NCBI GenBank assembly: GCA_043819555.1
Contig: JBDREQ010000001.1
Location: forward strand, 11,451-75,450
Source of the DNA: Candidatus Zixiibacteriota bacterium
Lineage (GTDB): Bacteria; Zixibacteria; MSB-5A5; GN15; JAAZOE01
Direction of reading: 5' to 3'
DNA: 64,000 nt
Shown here piece by piece: positions 31,134 to 41,667 of this stretch. The notes below the pieces were generated by a model, which searched no databases, was not told the DNA's origin, and was given only the letters and a program-made list of their open reading frames with translations. Made by a program: the position numbers and the translations under genes. How positions within the stretch are numbered: the stretch's first letter is position 1; each line of letters opens with the position of its first letter.

Positions 31134-33056
31134 TCAGCTAATACCAGCGCCGGGCTCCATATCGCCATCAACAGTCACAACTTTAAGCACGCCGTCTTTC
31201 TTTGCGGCCAGAAGCATTCCATTTGATTCCAGACCCCTGATTTTGGCCGGTTTCAAATTGGCGATTACAATTATATTTTTGCCGATTATTTCTTCCGGGC
31301 CATAATGTTCGGCTATCCCAGCCACAATTTGCCGTTTTTCGTAACCCATATCAATTTGCAGTTTCAGAAGTTTATCCGCCTTTTCGACTTTTTCGGCGTC
31401 AAGTACCCGAGCGACTCGCAAGTTTACTTTGGCAAAATCATCAATCGCGATAAGTCCCGAATCATCTTCGGATTTTTCATCTGCGCTTGTATTAACCAAA
31501 GTCGGAACATCTTTGACATCCAGTCGAGGGAAAATTGATTTCTTGAAATTTATTTTATTGCCGCCTGGCAAATCAAACCATGTACAGGCGGAATTCAGGG
31601 TCAGAGTATCATCATTCAGTCCAAAAACTTCCCGGACCTCCCTCATCTTGGCCGGCATAATTGGATAAAGTAAGATACAGGCGATACGGACTAATTCGGC
31701 GGCAGTATATAATACTCCGCCAACAATATCGAGCTTTCCTTCTTTGGCCAGCTTCCACGGGGCAGCATCTTCAATAAATTTATTAGTTGCCCGAATTAAA
31801 TTCAATGTATCATTGATGGCGTTAGTTATCCTGAAATTCCTGACATGATCATAAACTGTTCCGGTCAGTTTTTCGGCCATTTCCATCATTTCTCTCTGAC
31901 CGGGAGCATCATCGCATGGTTGAGGAATTTTGCCGCCGCAGAACTGCATCGTCATTTTGGCAACTCGAGATACCAGATTACCAAGGTCATTGGCCAGATC
32001 GGCATTATAGCGAGTGACGAATTCGTTTTCTTTTACATCACCATCAACGCCGAATGGATATTGATTTAAGAGCAGGTATCGCGTGGCATCAACGCCATAA
32101 ATATCTACCATGGCTTTGGGATCGATCATGTTGCCGGCTGATTTTCCCATCTTTTCGCCATTAACAGTAAAGAAACCATGGATAAACATCCGGTCAGGCA
32201 ATTTTATTTTTGCCGCCATCAGCATCGCGGGCCAAAATATGGTATGGAATTTGAGAATATCTTTGGCCATCAGATGCACGACTTCGGCATTATTCCACCA
32301 AGCATCGAATTGTTCTTGATCATCCTCATAACCAATGGCTGATATATAGTTGGGAAGAGCATCAACCCAGACATAAGCTATTTGTTTGGGGTCGAACGGC
32401 AACGGAATCCCCCATTTTACGGTTTCTCGCGAGATTGAAAAATCAGGTAAGTCAATATTCAATAGACCGAGGACTTCCTTGCGCCTTTCTTCCGGCAAAA
32501 TTACCAGTTCATTATTCACAACCATTTTTTTAAGAATAGGAATAAACGGTTTGAGGCGGAAGAAGTAATTTCTTTCCTTGAGTGGAGTTGCCGGTTTTTT
32601 ATGTATTGGGCAATTGCCGTTATCCAAATCCGTTTCCGTCAAAAATTTCTCGCAACCAGTACAGTATAACCCTTCATAGACGCCATCATAAATTACATTC
32701 TGACCGTCGGGAGTTTTGGCCTCTTTGAGAATCGTCAGTAGTTTTTGAACCGCTCTGATATGCCTCTCATCCGTTGTCCGGACAAAGTAATTATTATCCA
32801 GGCCTAATGTCTTCCATGATTCCCTGAATTTCTGAACAACCTCATCGCAAAAATCCTGTGTAGATTTCCCCGCGGCGGCAGCCGTATCGGCGACTTTGGA
32901 ACCATGTTCATCAGTGCCGGTTAGAAAAAACGATTTTCTTCCGGCAATTTTGTGAAATCGCGATAAAAAATCAGCAGCGATTGAAGTATAGGCATGACCT
33001 ATATGCGGTTTATCGTTTACATAATAAATCGGCGTTGTGACATAAAAATTGTTCAA
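31134..33056 (-). CDS. metG: methionine--tRNA ligase with C-terminal tRNA-binding domain
   Basis: HIGH motif, KMGKS (KMSKS-like), YVWVDAL, and an OB-fold C-terminus (ESNGMLL). TTG start. Confidence 0.97.
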   Translation of the reverse strand: MNNFYVTTPIYYVNDKPHIGHAYTSIAADFLSRFHKIAGRKSFFLTGTDEHGSKVADTAAAAGKSTQDFCDEVVQKFRESWKTLGLDNNYFVRTTDERHIRAVQKLLTILKEAKTPDGQNVIYDGVYEGLYCTGCEKFLTETDLDNGNCPIHKKPATPLKERNYFFRLKPFIPILKKMVVNNELVILPEERRKEVLGLLNIDLPDFSISRETVKWGIPLPFDPKQIAYVWVDALPNYISAIGYEDDQEQFDAWWNNAEVVHLMAKDILKFHTIFWPAMLMAAKIKLPDRMFIHGFFTVNGEKMGKSAGNMIDPKAMVDIYGVDATRYLLLNQYPFGVDGDVKENEFVTRYNADLANDLGNLVSRVAKMTMQFCGGKIPQPCDDAPGQREMMEMAEKLTGTVYDHVRNFRITNAINDTLNLIRATNKFIEDAAPWKLAKEGKLDIVGGVLYTAAELVRIACILLYPIMPAKMREVREVFGLNDDTLTLNSACTWFDLPGGNKINFKKSIFPRLDVKDVPTLVNTSADEKSEDDSGLIAIDDFAKVNLRVARVLDAEKVEKADKLLKLQIDMGYEKRQIVAGIAEHYGPEEIIGKNIIVIANLKPAKIRGLESNGMLLAAKKDGVLKVVTVDGDMEPGAGIS

Positions 33057-33082
33057 TTTGGCAATTCCTTCTCCTTAAATTT

Positions 33083-33919
33083 CTACTCGCGCCAATTATT
33101 GAAAAACGATCCTTTTTGGCGTTCCTTTAAACGAATATCATTGAGTGTTATTTTTTCCATTTCACCGTTTTCAAGCCTGACCTGCATATACTTTTCAAAG
33201 ATATTTATTGTCTCAACAATGCCTATACCCTTTTCAGTTTTATACTCTTCGCCCTGAGGCGGAAATTTTCCTATAATCTCTTTATAATGTTCCGTTTCAT
33301 AGGTAAGACAGCATAGAAGCCTCCCGCAATTACCCGAAATCTTCGAAGGATTAAGCGATAAGTTTTGCTCACGGGCAAATTGGGTTGAGATGGGATCGAA
33401 TTTATGCAAAAAAGTGCAACAACATTGAGTCAATCCACACACTCCGAAACCACCCAATCTGCGAGCGGCATCACGTACTCCGATTTGGCGTAATTCTATA
33501 CGGGTTTTATAGATAGCGGCCAGATCACGGACCAGGGAGCGAAAATCGACCCGCTGGTCGGCCGTAAAATAAAAAGTTAACTTATTTCTATCATGCTGAT
33601 ATTCCGAATCAATCAGTTTCATTTGGAGATTATGCTTGATTATTAATTTCCCACAGCATTCAATAGCCTTTTTTTCATCCCGGGCGTTTTCCTCCTGGAT
33701 TTTAAAATCACCGGCCGAAGCCGGCCTTAGAATAGACAGAGGTTTCTCATCGGGACCGATATAGTCTTCATTCAGTACTTTTTCAGAGGTAATCCCTAAA
33801 TCCTCTCCCCTCTCAGCCTCGACGATCACTTTATTGCCTTTGTCAAGACTGTGATAATAAGTATTGAAGTAGAATCCTCGCCGAAATCCTTTGAATGCAA
33901 CTATATATAAATCGGGCAT
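33083..33919 (-). CDS. ricT: PSP1-domain protein (YaaT/RicT family)
   Basis: RVDFR.LV, TRIELRQIG.RD, G.CG...CC and KISG.CGRLLCCL.YE motifs. ATG 33919 follows AGGAG and a TTGACT-N17-CATAAT promoter. Confidence 0.88.
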   Translation of the reverse strand: MPDLYIVAFKGFRRGFYFNTYYHSLDKGNKVIVEAERGEDLGITSEKVLNEDYIGPDEKPLSILRPASAGDFKIQEENARDEKKAIECCGKLIIKHNLQMKLIDSEYQHDRNKLTFYFTADQRVDFRSLVRDLAAIYKTRIELRQIGVRDAARRLGGFGVCGLTQCCCTFLHKFDPISTQFAREQNLSLNPSKISGNCGRLLCCLTYETEHYKEIIGKFPPQGEEYKTEKGIGIVETINIFEKYMQVRLENGEMEKITLNDIRLKERQKGSFFNNWRE

Positions 33920-34100
33920 ATTTTCTCCTAAACCAAACATTATGATATAATCATAGGCAGAAGTCAACAGGAAAGCACTTTTGGGCGGCGTTGATTAGGG
34001 GTTAAACTGCAAGTGTTTTTTTTAATTAAGGACTGTTTTACTATTGATTTTGCAAACTATTTCCATAGATTCTTGTACAAGATAGTAAGGAAGAAAAATA

Positions 34101-34118
34101 TTTCCCTCGCGAGGGAAA
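34101..34118. promoter_or_regulatory. perfect 18-bp palindrome upstream of cytochrome c gene
   Basis: TTTCCCTCGCGAGGGAAA lies between a candidate TTGATT-N16-TAGATT promoter and the AAGGAG RBS. Confidence 0.55.
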
Positions 34119-34137
34119 AAGTAAAAGGAGTAGGTAT

Positions 34138-34650
34138 ATGCGTTTAAAAGCAATCATTGCTATAGTCACCATGATTCTTGTCGCCGGAATGTTTGTACTG
34201 GTGGTTGCCGATGAAGCTAAAAAAGCTGAAACAAAACATGCTTACATCGGCGCGAATAAATGCAAAATGTGCCATAAAAAGGATGGTATCTTTGATTCGT
34301 GGTCTGCGACAGCACATGCGACCGTATACGATAAGCTATCCGAGGCCGATAAGGCCAAAGACGAACTCAAGAAATATTATACTACCGGAACTGACGACAA
34401 GGGAGTACTTTTAGAAGGTGTACAATGTGAAGCCTGTCATGGCGCCGGAGCCGATTATAAAAAGAAATCCATTATGGAGGATCGTGAACAGGCGATTGCC
34501 AATGGACTGATAATTCCCGACGAGAAAACCTGTAAATGCTGCCACAATGAAAAGGCCCCGGGCAAATTGGCTGAAAGCGCTAAAGCATTTGATTTTGCCA
34601 AGATGAAAGCCAAAGGCGTTCACGCCCCGGCGGCAACTGAAAAAAAATAA
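34138..34650 (+). CDS. periplasmic multiheme c-type cytochrome (c554-like, three CxxCH)
   Basis: Signal peptide, then YIG...CKMCH, GVQCEACHG and CKCCH. Confidence 0.88.
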   Translation: MRLKAIIAIVTMILVAGMFVLVVADEAKKAETKHAYIGANKCKMCHKKDGIFDSWSATAHATVYDKLSEADKAKDELKKYYTTGTDDKGVLLEGVQCEACHGAGADYKKKSIMEDREQAIANGLIIPDEKTCKCCHNEKAPGKLAESAKAFDFAKMKAKGVHAPAATEKK

Positions 34651-34667
34651 TGTAATTCTATTTTTTG

Positions 34668-34696
34668 AAACGCCTCCATTGGGGGCGTTTTTTTTT
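34668..34696 (+). terminator. intrinsic terminator
   Basis: AAACGCCTCC-ATT-GGGGGCGTTT followed by a T-run. Confidence 0.85.
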
Positions 34697-34807
34697 GCCA
34701 ATTATTCAAAAATCCAAATCCATATTATGAACCTGCTCCGGTTGACATTACCCGCATTTCTATATAAATTTGAGCTCTAACCAAACATCACAGATTGGAG
34801 AATCGCA

Positions 34808-37800
34808 TTGAAACAATCATCTAAGATTTTTGGAATCCTTCTCATTCTTTTAATTTCATTTACAATTTTAACCATTGCAGAGGATATCAAATACGCAAGA
34901 TATCCGACTTTATCTCCAGACGGTTCGACAATAGCCTTTTCGTATTTTGGAGATATCTGGACGGTACCTTCCGGAGGTGGGGAAGCTACTCGTCTGACTA
35001 TACACGATGCGGTTGACATTCTGCCATTTTATTCACCCGATGGAAAATACATTTTATTCACCTCATGGCGATATAACAATGCCGACGTTTTTGTTATGCC
35101 CGCCGAAGGGGGTGAGGCCCGGCAAATTACCGTCCACACATCATACGATTATGGCAGTGGCTGGACCCCGGAGGGTGACTCGATAATAATTAATTCAGGC
35201 CGGGAAGGGCGCTACGATATATACAAAATCGCCTTATCCGGCGGTACGCCTATTAAATTAACCGGTTATCATTACGCCGCGGAATACAATGGACGCATTT
35301 CTCCTGATGGCAAATATCTCATTTTTAACAACGGTTCTAACCGGTGGTGGCGAAGGGACTTAAAAGCCAGCATTCCTGCCAATATTTATATCCAGGATCG
35401 CGCCGAAGAGAAATTTACATCGAGACGCCTGACCAATGAACCGCGCCATAACCTTTGGCCTATATTGAATGCCGATTTGGGCGAAGTCTATTATGTTTCA
35501 TGCCCGGATGATTGGGCTCAGGTCTGGAAAATTCCGTTTGAAGGAGGAAAACCAAAACCATTAACCAGTTTTAAGGGAGACGGCGTTCAATGGCTCAATT
35601 CCAATCCGCAGGGTAATAAACTTGTTTTCGAACAAGGTTTTGATATCTGGATGCTTGATCCGGTCGAGGGGAAGCCAAAACGGATTCCAATTTCTATTCG
35701 TTCCGATGAAAAATTCAATTTGATTGAAACTAAATCATTTAAAAGTGATGTCGATTGGTACTCTGTTTCTCCTGATGAAAAGAAAATCGCAACGATAATC
35801 CATGGCGAAATATTTATTATACCGTCTAAAGATCCGGAGGAAGGCTTCAGGATCACTAATACCCCATCACGGGAAATTACCCCGGTATGGGGAAATGATT
35901 CCAAAACGCTATATTATTCATCCGACCGCAATGGCAATTATGATTTATATAGCGTCGATGTTACGACCAGAGAGGAAAAACAATTAACTTCATCCGACGA
36001 AAACGATGTCAAACCGCTAGTATCCCCCGATGGCAAATATCTCGCATATTATCGCGGATTGGACAAATTAATGCGATATGATATCGAATCAAGCAGTGAA
36101 ACAACCTGGGTTGAAGGAAATTTTTACGATTTGAGTCTTGAGCAGAACTTTGAGTATGATTGGTCGCCTGATTCAAAATGGCTCACCTTTACAATGACCG
36201 GCCCTACTTATGAAATGCATATTTACGCAATTTCTCTTGACGGCGAGCCTCAGCTTTTATCCAAATCCTCAGGATGGAGCTATAGTCCTCGATTTTCTAA
36301 AGATAGCAAAATAATCTATTTCTCTAACTCTTTTGAGGGGGAAATTAAAACATTTAAAATTGATTTGCGGCATGAGCCTTTTGAATTTTATGAATCATCA
36401 TTCGATTCCCTGTTTATAGAAGGGCCGGAAGATGAGAAGGAAGAAAATGGAAAGGGGAAGAAGGATAAAAAAGACAAAGATAACAAAGATGAATTGGTTC
36501 AAGAAACCTTGATTGATTTTACTCGCATTGAAAAAAGGCGAGCGCTGGCTTTCGATTTATCGGGTTCTAACAGCTCACCCGTATTAACTCCCGATGGCGA
36601 AAAATTCGTATTTATCGCTTCTCTTCTGGAAGATCCGGAAATATGGTCGGTTGACACCGAAGACAAACTCGATCTGAAACAACTGACTCATTCAAAATCC
36701 GAAAAGTCTTTTTTACGCGTTTCGAAGGATTCAAAATCCATCTATTTCCTCGAAGATGAAAAGATTAAAAAAATCGGGATAGACGACAGCAAAATGAGTA
36801 CTGTCAGCTTTTCGGCGGTAATGGATATTGAACTCCCGGAACTCAATCGGCAGAAATTTCAGGAATCATGGCAATTGCTGAATTCGTTTTTCTATGATAA
36901 TGAATTTCATGGCACAGACTGGAATGCCGTCCGAAAAAAATATAAACCTCTTGTGGAGCATGTTCGTTCCGACCGGGAGTTTAGAGATGTCGTCCTTGAA
37001 ATGATGGGCGAATTGAGAGCTTCTCATTTAAGTATATATTCTCGCGATCCCGGACCGAATCGCAATATTGTTACAGCCGAAACCGGCATTATGCTTGATT
37101 ATGTAAATTTGGAGAAATCCGGCGATTTTCGGATTGCCCATGTCATACCTGAATCGCCGGCCGCAATCGCTGGAATTAAGACCGGACAATATATCATTAA
37201 AATTGATGACCATAAATTAAAATCGGGCGATAATTTTTTTTCTTACTTTTCCGGTAAAAATGGTAAGCGTCTGACATTAGCGATCGGAGATAAGGCGGGA
37301 GAAGAAGATACCAGCTTCGCAATTAAGCCAATTTCGAACAGTGAGTTAACCGAACTTAAATATGATGAAATGATAGAAGACCGTAGACGATTGGTAGATG
37401 CACTTTCAGATAATCGATTGGCATACATACACATATCCGCAATGTCGGGTACCTGGCTGCGGAGATTCAAGCAAGAATTAATCGCTTATGCCGAAGAAAA
37501 AGATGGATTAATTATTGACGTCCGCGATAATGGAGGCGGTAATATTGCCGTTCATCTTCTGGGTATGTTGGCCAGAAAACCATTTTTCCTCAGAAGCTTC
37601 CGAGATTTCCCGATTACATCTGAGACCAAATATCGATCAAAGGCTTTCGAAAAACCAATGAACGTTCTGATAAATGGAGGCTCGGCGTCAAACTCTGAGA
37701 TTTTCGCCGAAGGTTTTAGAAAATTGGGATTGGGTAAAGTTATCGGCGAACCGACCGCGGGAGCTGTCATTGGCACCAGCAGCTATACTCTAATAGACGG

Positions 37801-37969
37801 GACCCGCATTCGCCGGCCTTCTACCGGGGCATATACTATTGATATGGAAGATACCGATCTTTCTCCGCGTCAGCCGGATATTCTAGTCGAACGACTTCCT
37901 GATGATTTTATGAATGGAAGAGATCCGCAATTGGTCCGGGCTGTAAAAGAACTGCTTAAGGAATTGTGA
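34808..37969 (+). CDS. tricorn-like protease (S41, PD40 propellers, PDZ), paralog 1
   Basis: Signal peptide and SPDG repeats. Catalytic region ELRASH, IIDVRDNGGG, SASNSEIF, GEPTAG. TTG start. Confidence 0.92.
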   Translation: MKQSSKIFGILLILLISFTILTIAEDIKYARYPTLSPDGSTIAFSYFGDIWTVPSGGGEATRLTIHDAVDILPFYSPDGKYILFTSWRYNNADVFVMPAEGGEARQITVHTSYDYGSGWTPEGDSIIINSGREGRYDIYKIALSGGTPIKLTGYHYAAEYNGRISPDGKYLIFNNGSNRWWRRDLKASIPANIYIQDRAEEKFTSRRLTNEPRHNLWPILNADLGEVYYVSCPDDWAQVWKIPFEGGKPKPLTSFKGDGVQWLNSNPQGNKLVFEQGFDIWMLDPVEGKPKRIPISIRSDEKFNLIETKSFKSDVDWYSVSPDEKKIATIIHGEIFIIPSKDPEEGFRITNTPSREITPVWGNDSKTLYYSSDRNGNYDLYSVDVTTREEKQLTSSDENDVKPLVSPDGKYLAYYRGLDKLMRYDIESSSETTWVEGNFYDLSLEQNFEYDWSPDSKWLTFTMTGPTYEMHIYAISLDGEPQLLSKSSGWSYSPRFSKDSKIIYFSNSFEGEIKTFKIDLRHEPFEFYESSFDSLFIEGPEDEKEENGKGKKDKKDKDNKDELVQETLIDFTRIEKRRALAFDLSGSNSSPVLTPDGEKFVFIASLLEDPEIWSVDTEDKLDLKQLTHSKSEKSFLRVSKDSKSIYFLEDEKIKKIGIDDSKMSTVSFSAVMDIELPELNRQKFQESWQLLNSFFYDNEFHGTDWNAVRKKYKPLVEHVRSDREFRDVVLEMMGELRASHLSIYSRDPGPNRNIVTAETGIMLDYVNLEKSGDFRIAHVIPESPAAIAGIKTGQYIIKIDDHKLKSGDNFFSYFSGKNGKRLTLAIGDKAGEEDTSFAIKPISNSELTELKYDEMIEDRRRLVDALSDNRLAYIHISAMSGTWLRRFKQELIAYAEEKDGLIIDVRDNGGGNIAVHLLGMLARKPFFLRSFRDFPITSETKYRSKAFEKPMNVLINGGSASNSEIFAEGFRKLGLGKVIGEPTAGAVIGTSSYTLIDGTRIRRPSTGAYTIDMEDTDLSPRQPDILVERLPDDFMNGRDPQLVRAVKELLKEL

Positions 37970-37985
37970 AAAAATAATATTCAAT

Positions 37986-38023
37986 AAAAAAACCCTGAAG
38001 TGCTTTAATCAGGGCTTTTTTTT
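37986..38023. terminator. bidirectional terminator between convergent tricorn genes
   Basis: A7-CCCTGA-loop-TCAGGG-C-T8. Confidence 0.8.
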
Positions 38024-38034
38024 ATTAGTTTGGC

Positions 38035-41000
38035 TTATCGTTTTTCAGGAATTCCCGGGTGTGGAGGCAAAACCACCGGTTCATCTTTGATCTTTTTCAA
38101 TAACATTTTTATCGCTTCTGATAATTGATCATCAAATCCATTAGCCAGCCGTTCAGGAGTATTATCAATTTCAATATCAGGTATAACGCCTTCGTTTTCC
38201 ATCACCCATTCGCTGTCTATCGAATATGTGGCAAATTGAGGAACAAATACATATCCTCCATCGGAAAGAGATCGTGATCCCGAAATCCCAACTACTCCTC
38301 CCCAGGTCCTCATCCCCATAACAGTTCCCAGTTTATAAAACTTGAAAAAGTACGGGAAATTATCACCGTCCGAACATGAAAATTGATTACACAGAGTTAT
38401 CATATGAGCTGTTACGGCTGTACCCGGACGCGGAGACGGATTTCCGTTGCGGGAAGTGTTGACTCCGGAAAGTCTTTCCTGCAGCCGATCGAGAACCAGC
38501 TGCGAAACAAAACCGCCTCCATTCCAGCGTACGTCTATAATGAGTCCTTCTTTCCGCAACTGATGATAAAACATCTGGTTGAATCGCACGAGGCCATAAC
38601 TACCCATATCGGGCAAATGAATATATCCAATCTTCCCGTCAGAAATTGAATCGACATAGGCCCGGTTAGACTCGACCCAATTGTAATACCGCAGGTCGCT
38701 TTCTGATGCCAGAGGCTCAATGACGACTTCACGAGCGTCATCCAAACTTGGCCGATCATTGACGGTTAAAGTAATCTTCTGATTCGCCTTATTCTGAGTC
38801 AGCTTATATGGATTCGTATCAGCCCAAATCTCCTCGCCATCGATGGCCAAAAGATAATCTCCTTCGTTGATATCGACGTGAGTTTCAGTCAATGGAGACC
38901 TCAATTGTCCGTTCCAGTTTTCACCATCAAGAATATTAACAATTTTAATTCTCTCATTTTTTTTATCGATTTCAAAATCACAACCCAAAAGCGCGACTCG
39001 GCTCGAAGGCGGATGATAATAATCTCCTCCACCGGTATATGTATGCGAGCAACATAATTCGCCTCGCATTTCTCCGATGAGATAGGTCAAATCGAAACGG
39101 TGGGCGACAAACGGAACCAAAGCTCCATATCTCTCGCGCATGAGTTCCCAGTTGACGCCATGCATATTTTCATTATAAAAAAAGTCACGGTCGCGCCGCC
39201 AGGCTTCATGAAACATCTGAGCGTATTCGGCCCTGCGATCCAGCTTCATATTCATCTGTGAAGTATTTAACTGATTATCATCAAAACTCGCTTTATCGCC
39301 GGATATACTGACAATGTGATAGGAACCGCTGCGGGTCAAGAGCATGTTTTTACCTTTGGAGTCGAGAACATAACCGCCGATATTTGCCGCGAAATTGTGG
39401 TTTTTCCTGTCGTCAATGGCATATTTATATAATGTGCGTTCGCCGTCGGTAATATTCCCCTGCAAACCACTCAAGGGATTGGACACATAAAAGACGGCTC
39501 CGGAAACGGCCGACAAGCCCATATAATTTCCGGCCGGCAAATCGAACGCGATCTGGCGATCATAAATTCCATCAAAATCAATTTTGATATTTGGAGAATC
39601 ATCATCCGATTTACCATTATCTTCTTCTTGGCCTTTCTTATCTTCTTTCTTATCCTTGTCTTTATCCTCGTTCTTTGCAATAGAGACTTCATCGCTTTCA
39701 GGCAAAAACGGAGATTTGTCATCTTTATGGAGAAGGATCAGATATAGATTGGTAATTGCCGTATTAACGTATTGAAATTCGTAGCTGCCCAATAGAGGAT
39801 TAAAAGATCGTTGTGAAAGAAAATAAATGTATTTACCGTCGGGATCAAAGACCGGATTATAGTCTTCGGTATAGCCGGGCGTAATTTGGCGGGAGTCGCC
39901 GTCATCGATGGCATACACAAAAATGGCTCGGATATTATTTTCAAGATTTTTGTCATAAACAATGAACCTGCTATCAGGTGACCAATTGTGACCGCCAATT
40001 CCATTTTTATCATGATCAATAAGCATGATTTTTTTACTATCGATATCGATATAGTACAGATTATTATTCTTATCTTCAAAAGTCAGCATTTTACTGTCGG
40101 GCGACCACGTTCCCATGTAACGGAAGCAGTGACCATAATTTGTCAGGCGGAGTTTTTCCTTACCGTCTCCAGACATCAGGTATAGCTCATCTTCGCCGGT
40201 CTCATCGGATAAATAGGCGATCCACTTTCCGTCGGGCGACCAAATCGGTTCTTTATCATGAGCCCCCGAACTATTGGTCAAATTCCGGGTATTTCCTTCT
40301 TTGGCCGGGACCGTAAAAATGTCGCCCCTTGCTGAAAAAATGGCTCGCTTGGCATCAGGGGAAATATTGAAGTCATTAATACTATTATCCACCGAAATAA
40401 ATTCCGGCCGGATAGAATTGTAGTCGGATATCATCTCAATTGAGATTTTTTTGATGGTTTCAGCCGGCAATTCCAGCAAGTAAATATAACCGCCATTTTC
40501 AAAGGCGATCGCATCTGATCCCAAGCTCGGCCAGCGAACATCAAAGTCTATAAAACTTGTTACGGTGCGGGTTTCACCGGTGGTAATGTCATAACAATAG
40601 AGGTTCAACCGTCCCGTCCTGTCTGAATTGTAGTATATTTTATCACCATACCACATGGGCATGTTGTCGGTTCCAATCCAGTCGGTTATCTTTTGAGCCT
40701 CAAGGCTCTCCAGATCAAAAATCCAGACATCCTGGGCCATCCCGCCTTTGTATCTTTTCCATGTCCGAAAATCTCGGAACTTGGGGCAGTAGGCGACCTT
40801 TTTGGCATCAGGAGAAAAGCTGGTGAATCCGGCCCAGGCCATTGGCAACGGCTTAGGCAATCCGCCGGTGGTCTTCACCAGGTACGCCCTGCCCTGCCAT
40901 ACATCAGGTTCTGCCTTACGGGAACGATATAAAATCGATTGACCGTCGGGATGCCAGCCCATCACTATGTTTTCCGGTCCCATTCGTTCGGAAGTTCTTG

Positions 41001-41334
41001 CTATGCCGGGATGAAAGGTCAGCTTGACAGGCAATCCGCCATCAAGAGACATGTAATAAACTGAAAAGTCACCATCATATTGCCCAGTAAAAGCGATTTT
41101 ATCGCCATCAGGCGAAAACTTGGGAAATAGCTCCAATCCTTCGTCCGATGTCAGCCTCATCGCCAGGCCGCCATCCCGGGCAACCGAATAAATATCTCCG
41201 GCATAAACAAAGGCGATTTTGTCCTTACTTACGTCGGGAAAGCGCAATAGGCGGCCTTCATCCGCATTTGAATTTGCCCCCAGCATTGTCACAATCAATA
41301 GCCCCAGAAAAATTGCTACGCGTGACTTAAACAT
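38035..41334 (-). CDS. tricorn protease (S41), paralog 2
   Basis: Signal peptide, LLRFPD, WKRYKGG, ELCCSH, IIDVRWNGGG, SCSDGD and RTWGG motifs. Confidence 0.94.
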   Translation of the reverse strand: MFKSRVAIFLGLLIVTMLGANSNADEGRLLRFPDVSKDKIAFVYAGDIYSVARDGGLAMRLTSDEGLELFPKFSPDGDKIAFTGQYDGDFSVYYMSLDGGLPVKLTFHPGIARTSERMGPENIVMGWHPDGQSILYRSRKAEPDVWQGRAYLVKTTGGLPKPLPMAWAGFTSFSPDAKKVAYCPKFRDFRTWKRYKGGMAQDVWIFDLESLEAQKITDWIGTDNMPMWYGDKIYYNSDRTGRLNLYCYDITTGETRTVTSFIDFDVRWPSLGSDAIAFENGGYIYLLELPAETIKKISIEMISDYNSIRPEFISVDNSINDFNISPDAKRAIFSARGDIFTVPAKEGNTRNLTNSSGAHDKEPIWSPDGKWIAYLSDETGEDELYLMSGDGKEKLRLTNYGHCFRYMGTWSPDSKMLTFEDKNNNLYYIDIDSKKIMLIDHDKNGIGGHNWSPDSRFIVYDKNLENNIRAIFVYAIDDGDSRQITPGYTEDYNPVFDPDGKYIYFLSQRSFNPLLGSYEFQYVNTAITNLYLILLHKDDKSPFLPESDEVSIAKNEDKDKDKKEDKKGQEEDNGKSDDDSPNIKIDFDGIYDRQIAFDLPAGNYMGLSAVSGAVFYVSNPLSGLQGNITDGERTLYKYAIDDRKNHNFAANIGGYVLDSKGKNMLLTRSGSYHIVSISGDKASFDDNQLNTSQMNMKLDRRAEYAQMFHEAWRRDRDFFYNENMHGVNWELMRERYGALVPFVAHRFDLTYLIGEMRGELCCSHTYTGGGDYYHPPSSRVALLGCDFEIDKKNERIKIVNILDGENWNGQLRSPLTETHVDINEGDYLLAIDGEEIWADTNPYKLTQNKANQKITLTVNDRPSLDDAREVVIEPLASESDLRYYNWVESNRAYVDSISDGKIGYIHLPDMGSYGLVRFNQMFYHQLRKEGLIIDVRWNGGGFVSQLVLDRLQERLSGVNTSRNGNPSPRPGTAVTAHMITLCNQFSCSDGDNFPYFFKFYKLGTVMGMRTWGGVVGISGSRSLSDGGYVFVPQFATYSIDSEWVMENEGVIPDIEIDNTPERLANGFDDQLSEAIKMLLKKIKDEPVVLPPHPGIPEKR

Positions 41335-41482
41335 TAGTTCCTCCTCAACCAGCAGTATGTTTTTGTACCAAATATTTTCGTGATGCTAACCATATAAACA
41401 CAAAATATAAACTCCAATTTATATAAATGCCGCGGAGTTGGCAACCTGTGCAAATAAAATATATTTTAAAATTGATATAAAT

Positions 41483-41667
41483 AAAAATGGCCGATGAAGA
41501 GAGCACGAACTCCATCGGCCGGAATCCCGTCATTAATACCATCCCTTGAGGGAAAGAAGAAACGACGAGAAATAATTTCTGATTAATTAAGTGAAACGCA
41601 CTTGATTATCAAATTTCTGATATTTTATTGTGCCGTGCCCCGATAAAAATCTCACTCAGCTTACAAG
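41483..41667 (-). ncRNA. candidate orphan small RNA (ECF-type promoter plus own terminator)
   Basis: GAACTT(41700-695)-N17-TCTAA(41677-73) lies upstream. The region ends in hairpin GGCCGATG...CATCGGCC plus ATTTTT. No credible ORF inside. Confidence 0.4.

Noticed and set aside
34788..34800. Tricorn 1 RBS region (CACAGATTGGAG) as a second target of the tRNA leader
   Set aside because: Only a short, bulged complementarity, which is expected by chance near SD sequences.
41438..41453. TTGGCAACCTGTGCA as a sigma-54 promoter
   Set aside because: The GG-to-GC spacing is 2 bp too short, and the element points away from the tricorn 2 gene.
41345..41542. 65-aa ORF upstream of tricorn 2
   Set aside because: It runs through a terminator-like hairpin and AT-rich promoter DNA and has no recognisable features. 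A leader peptide cannot be fully excluded.
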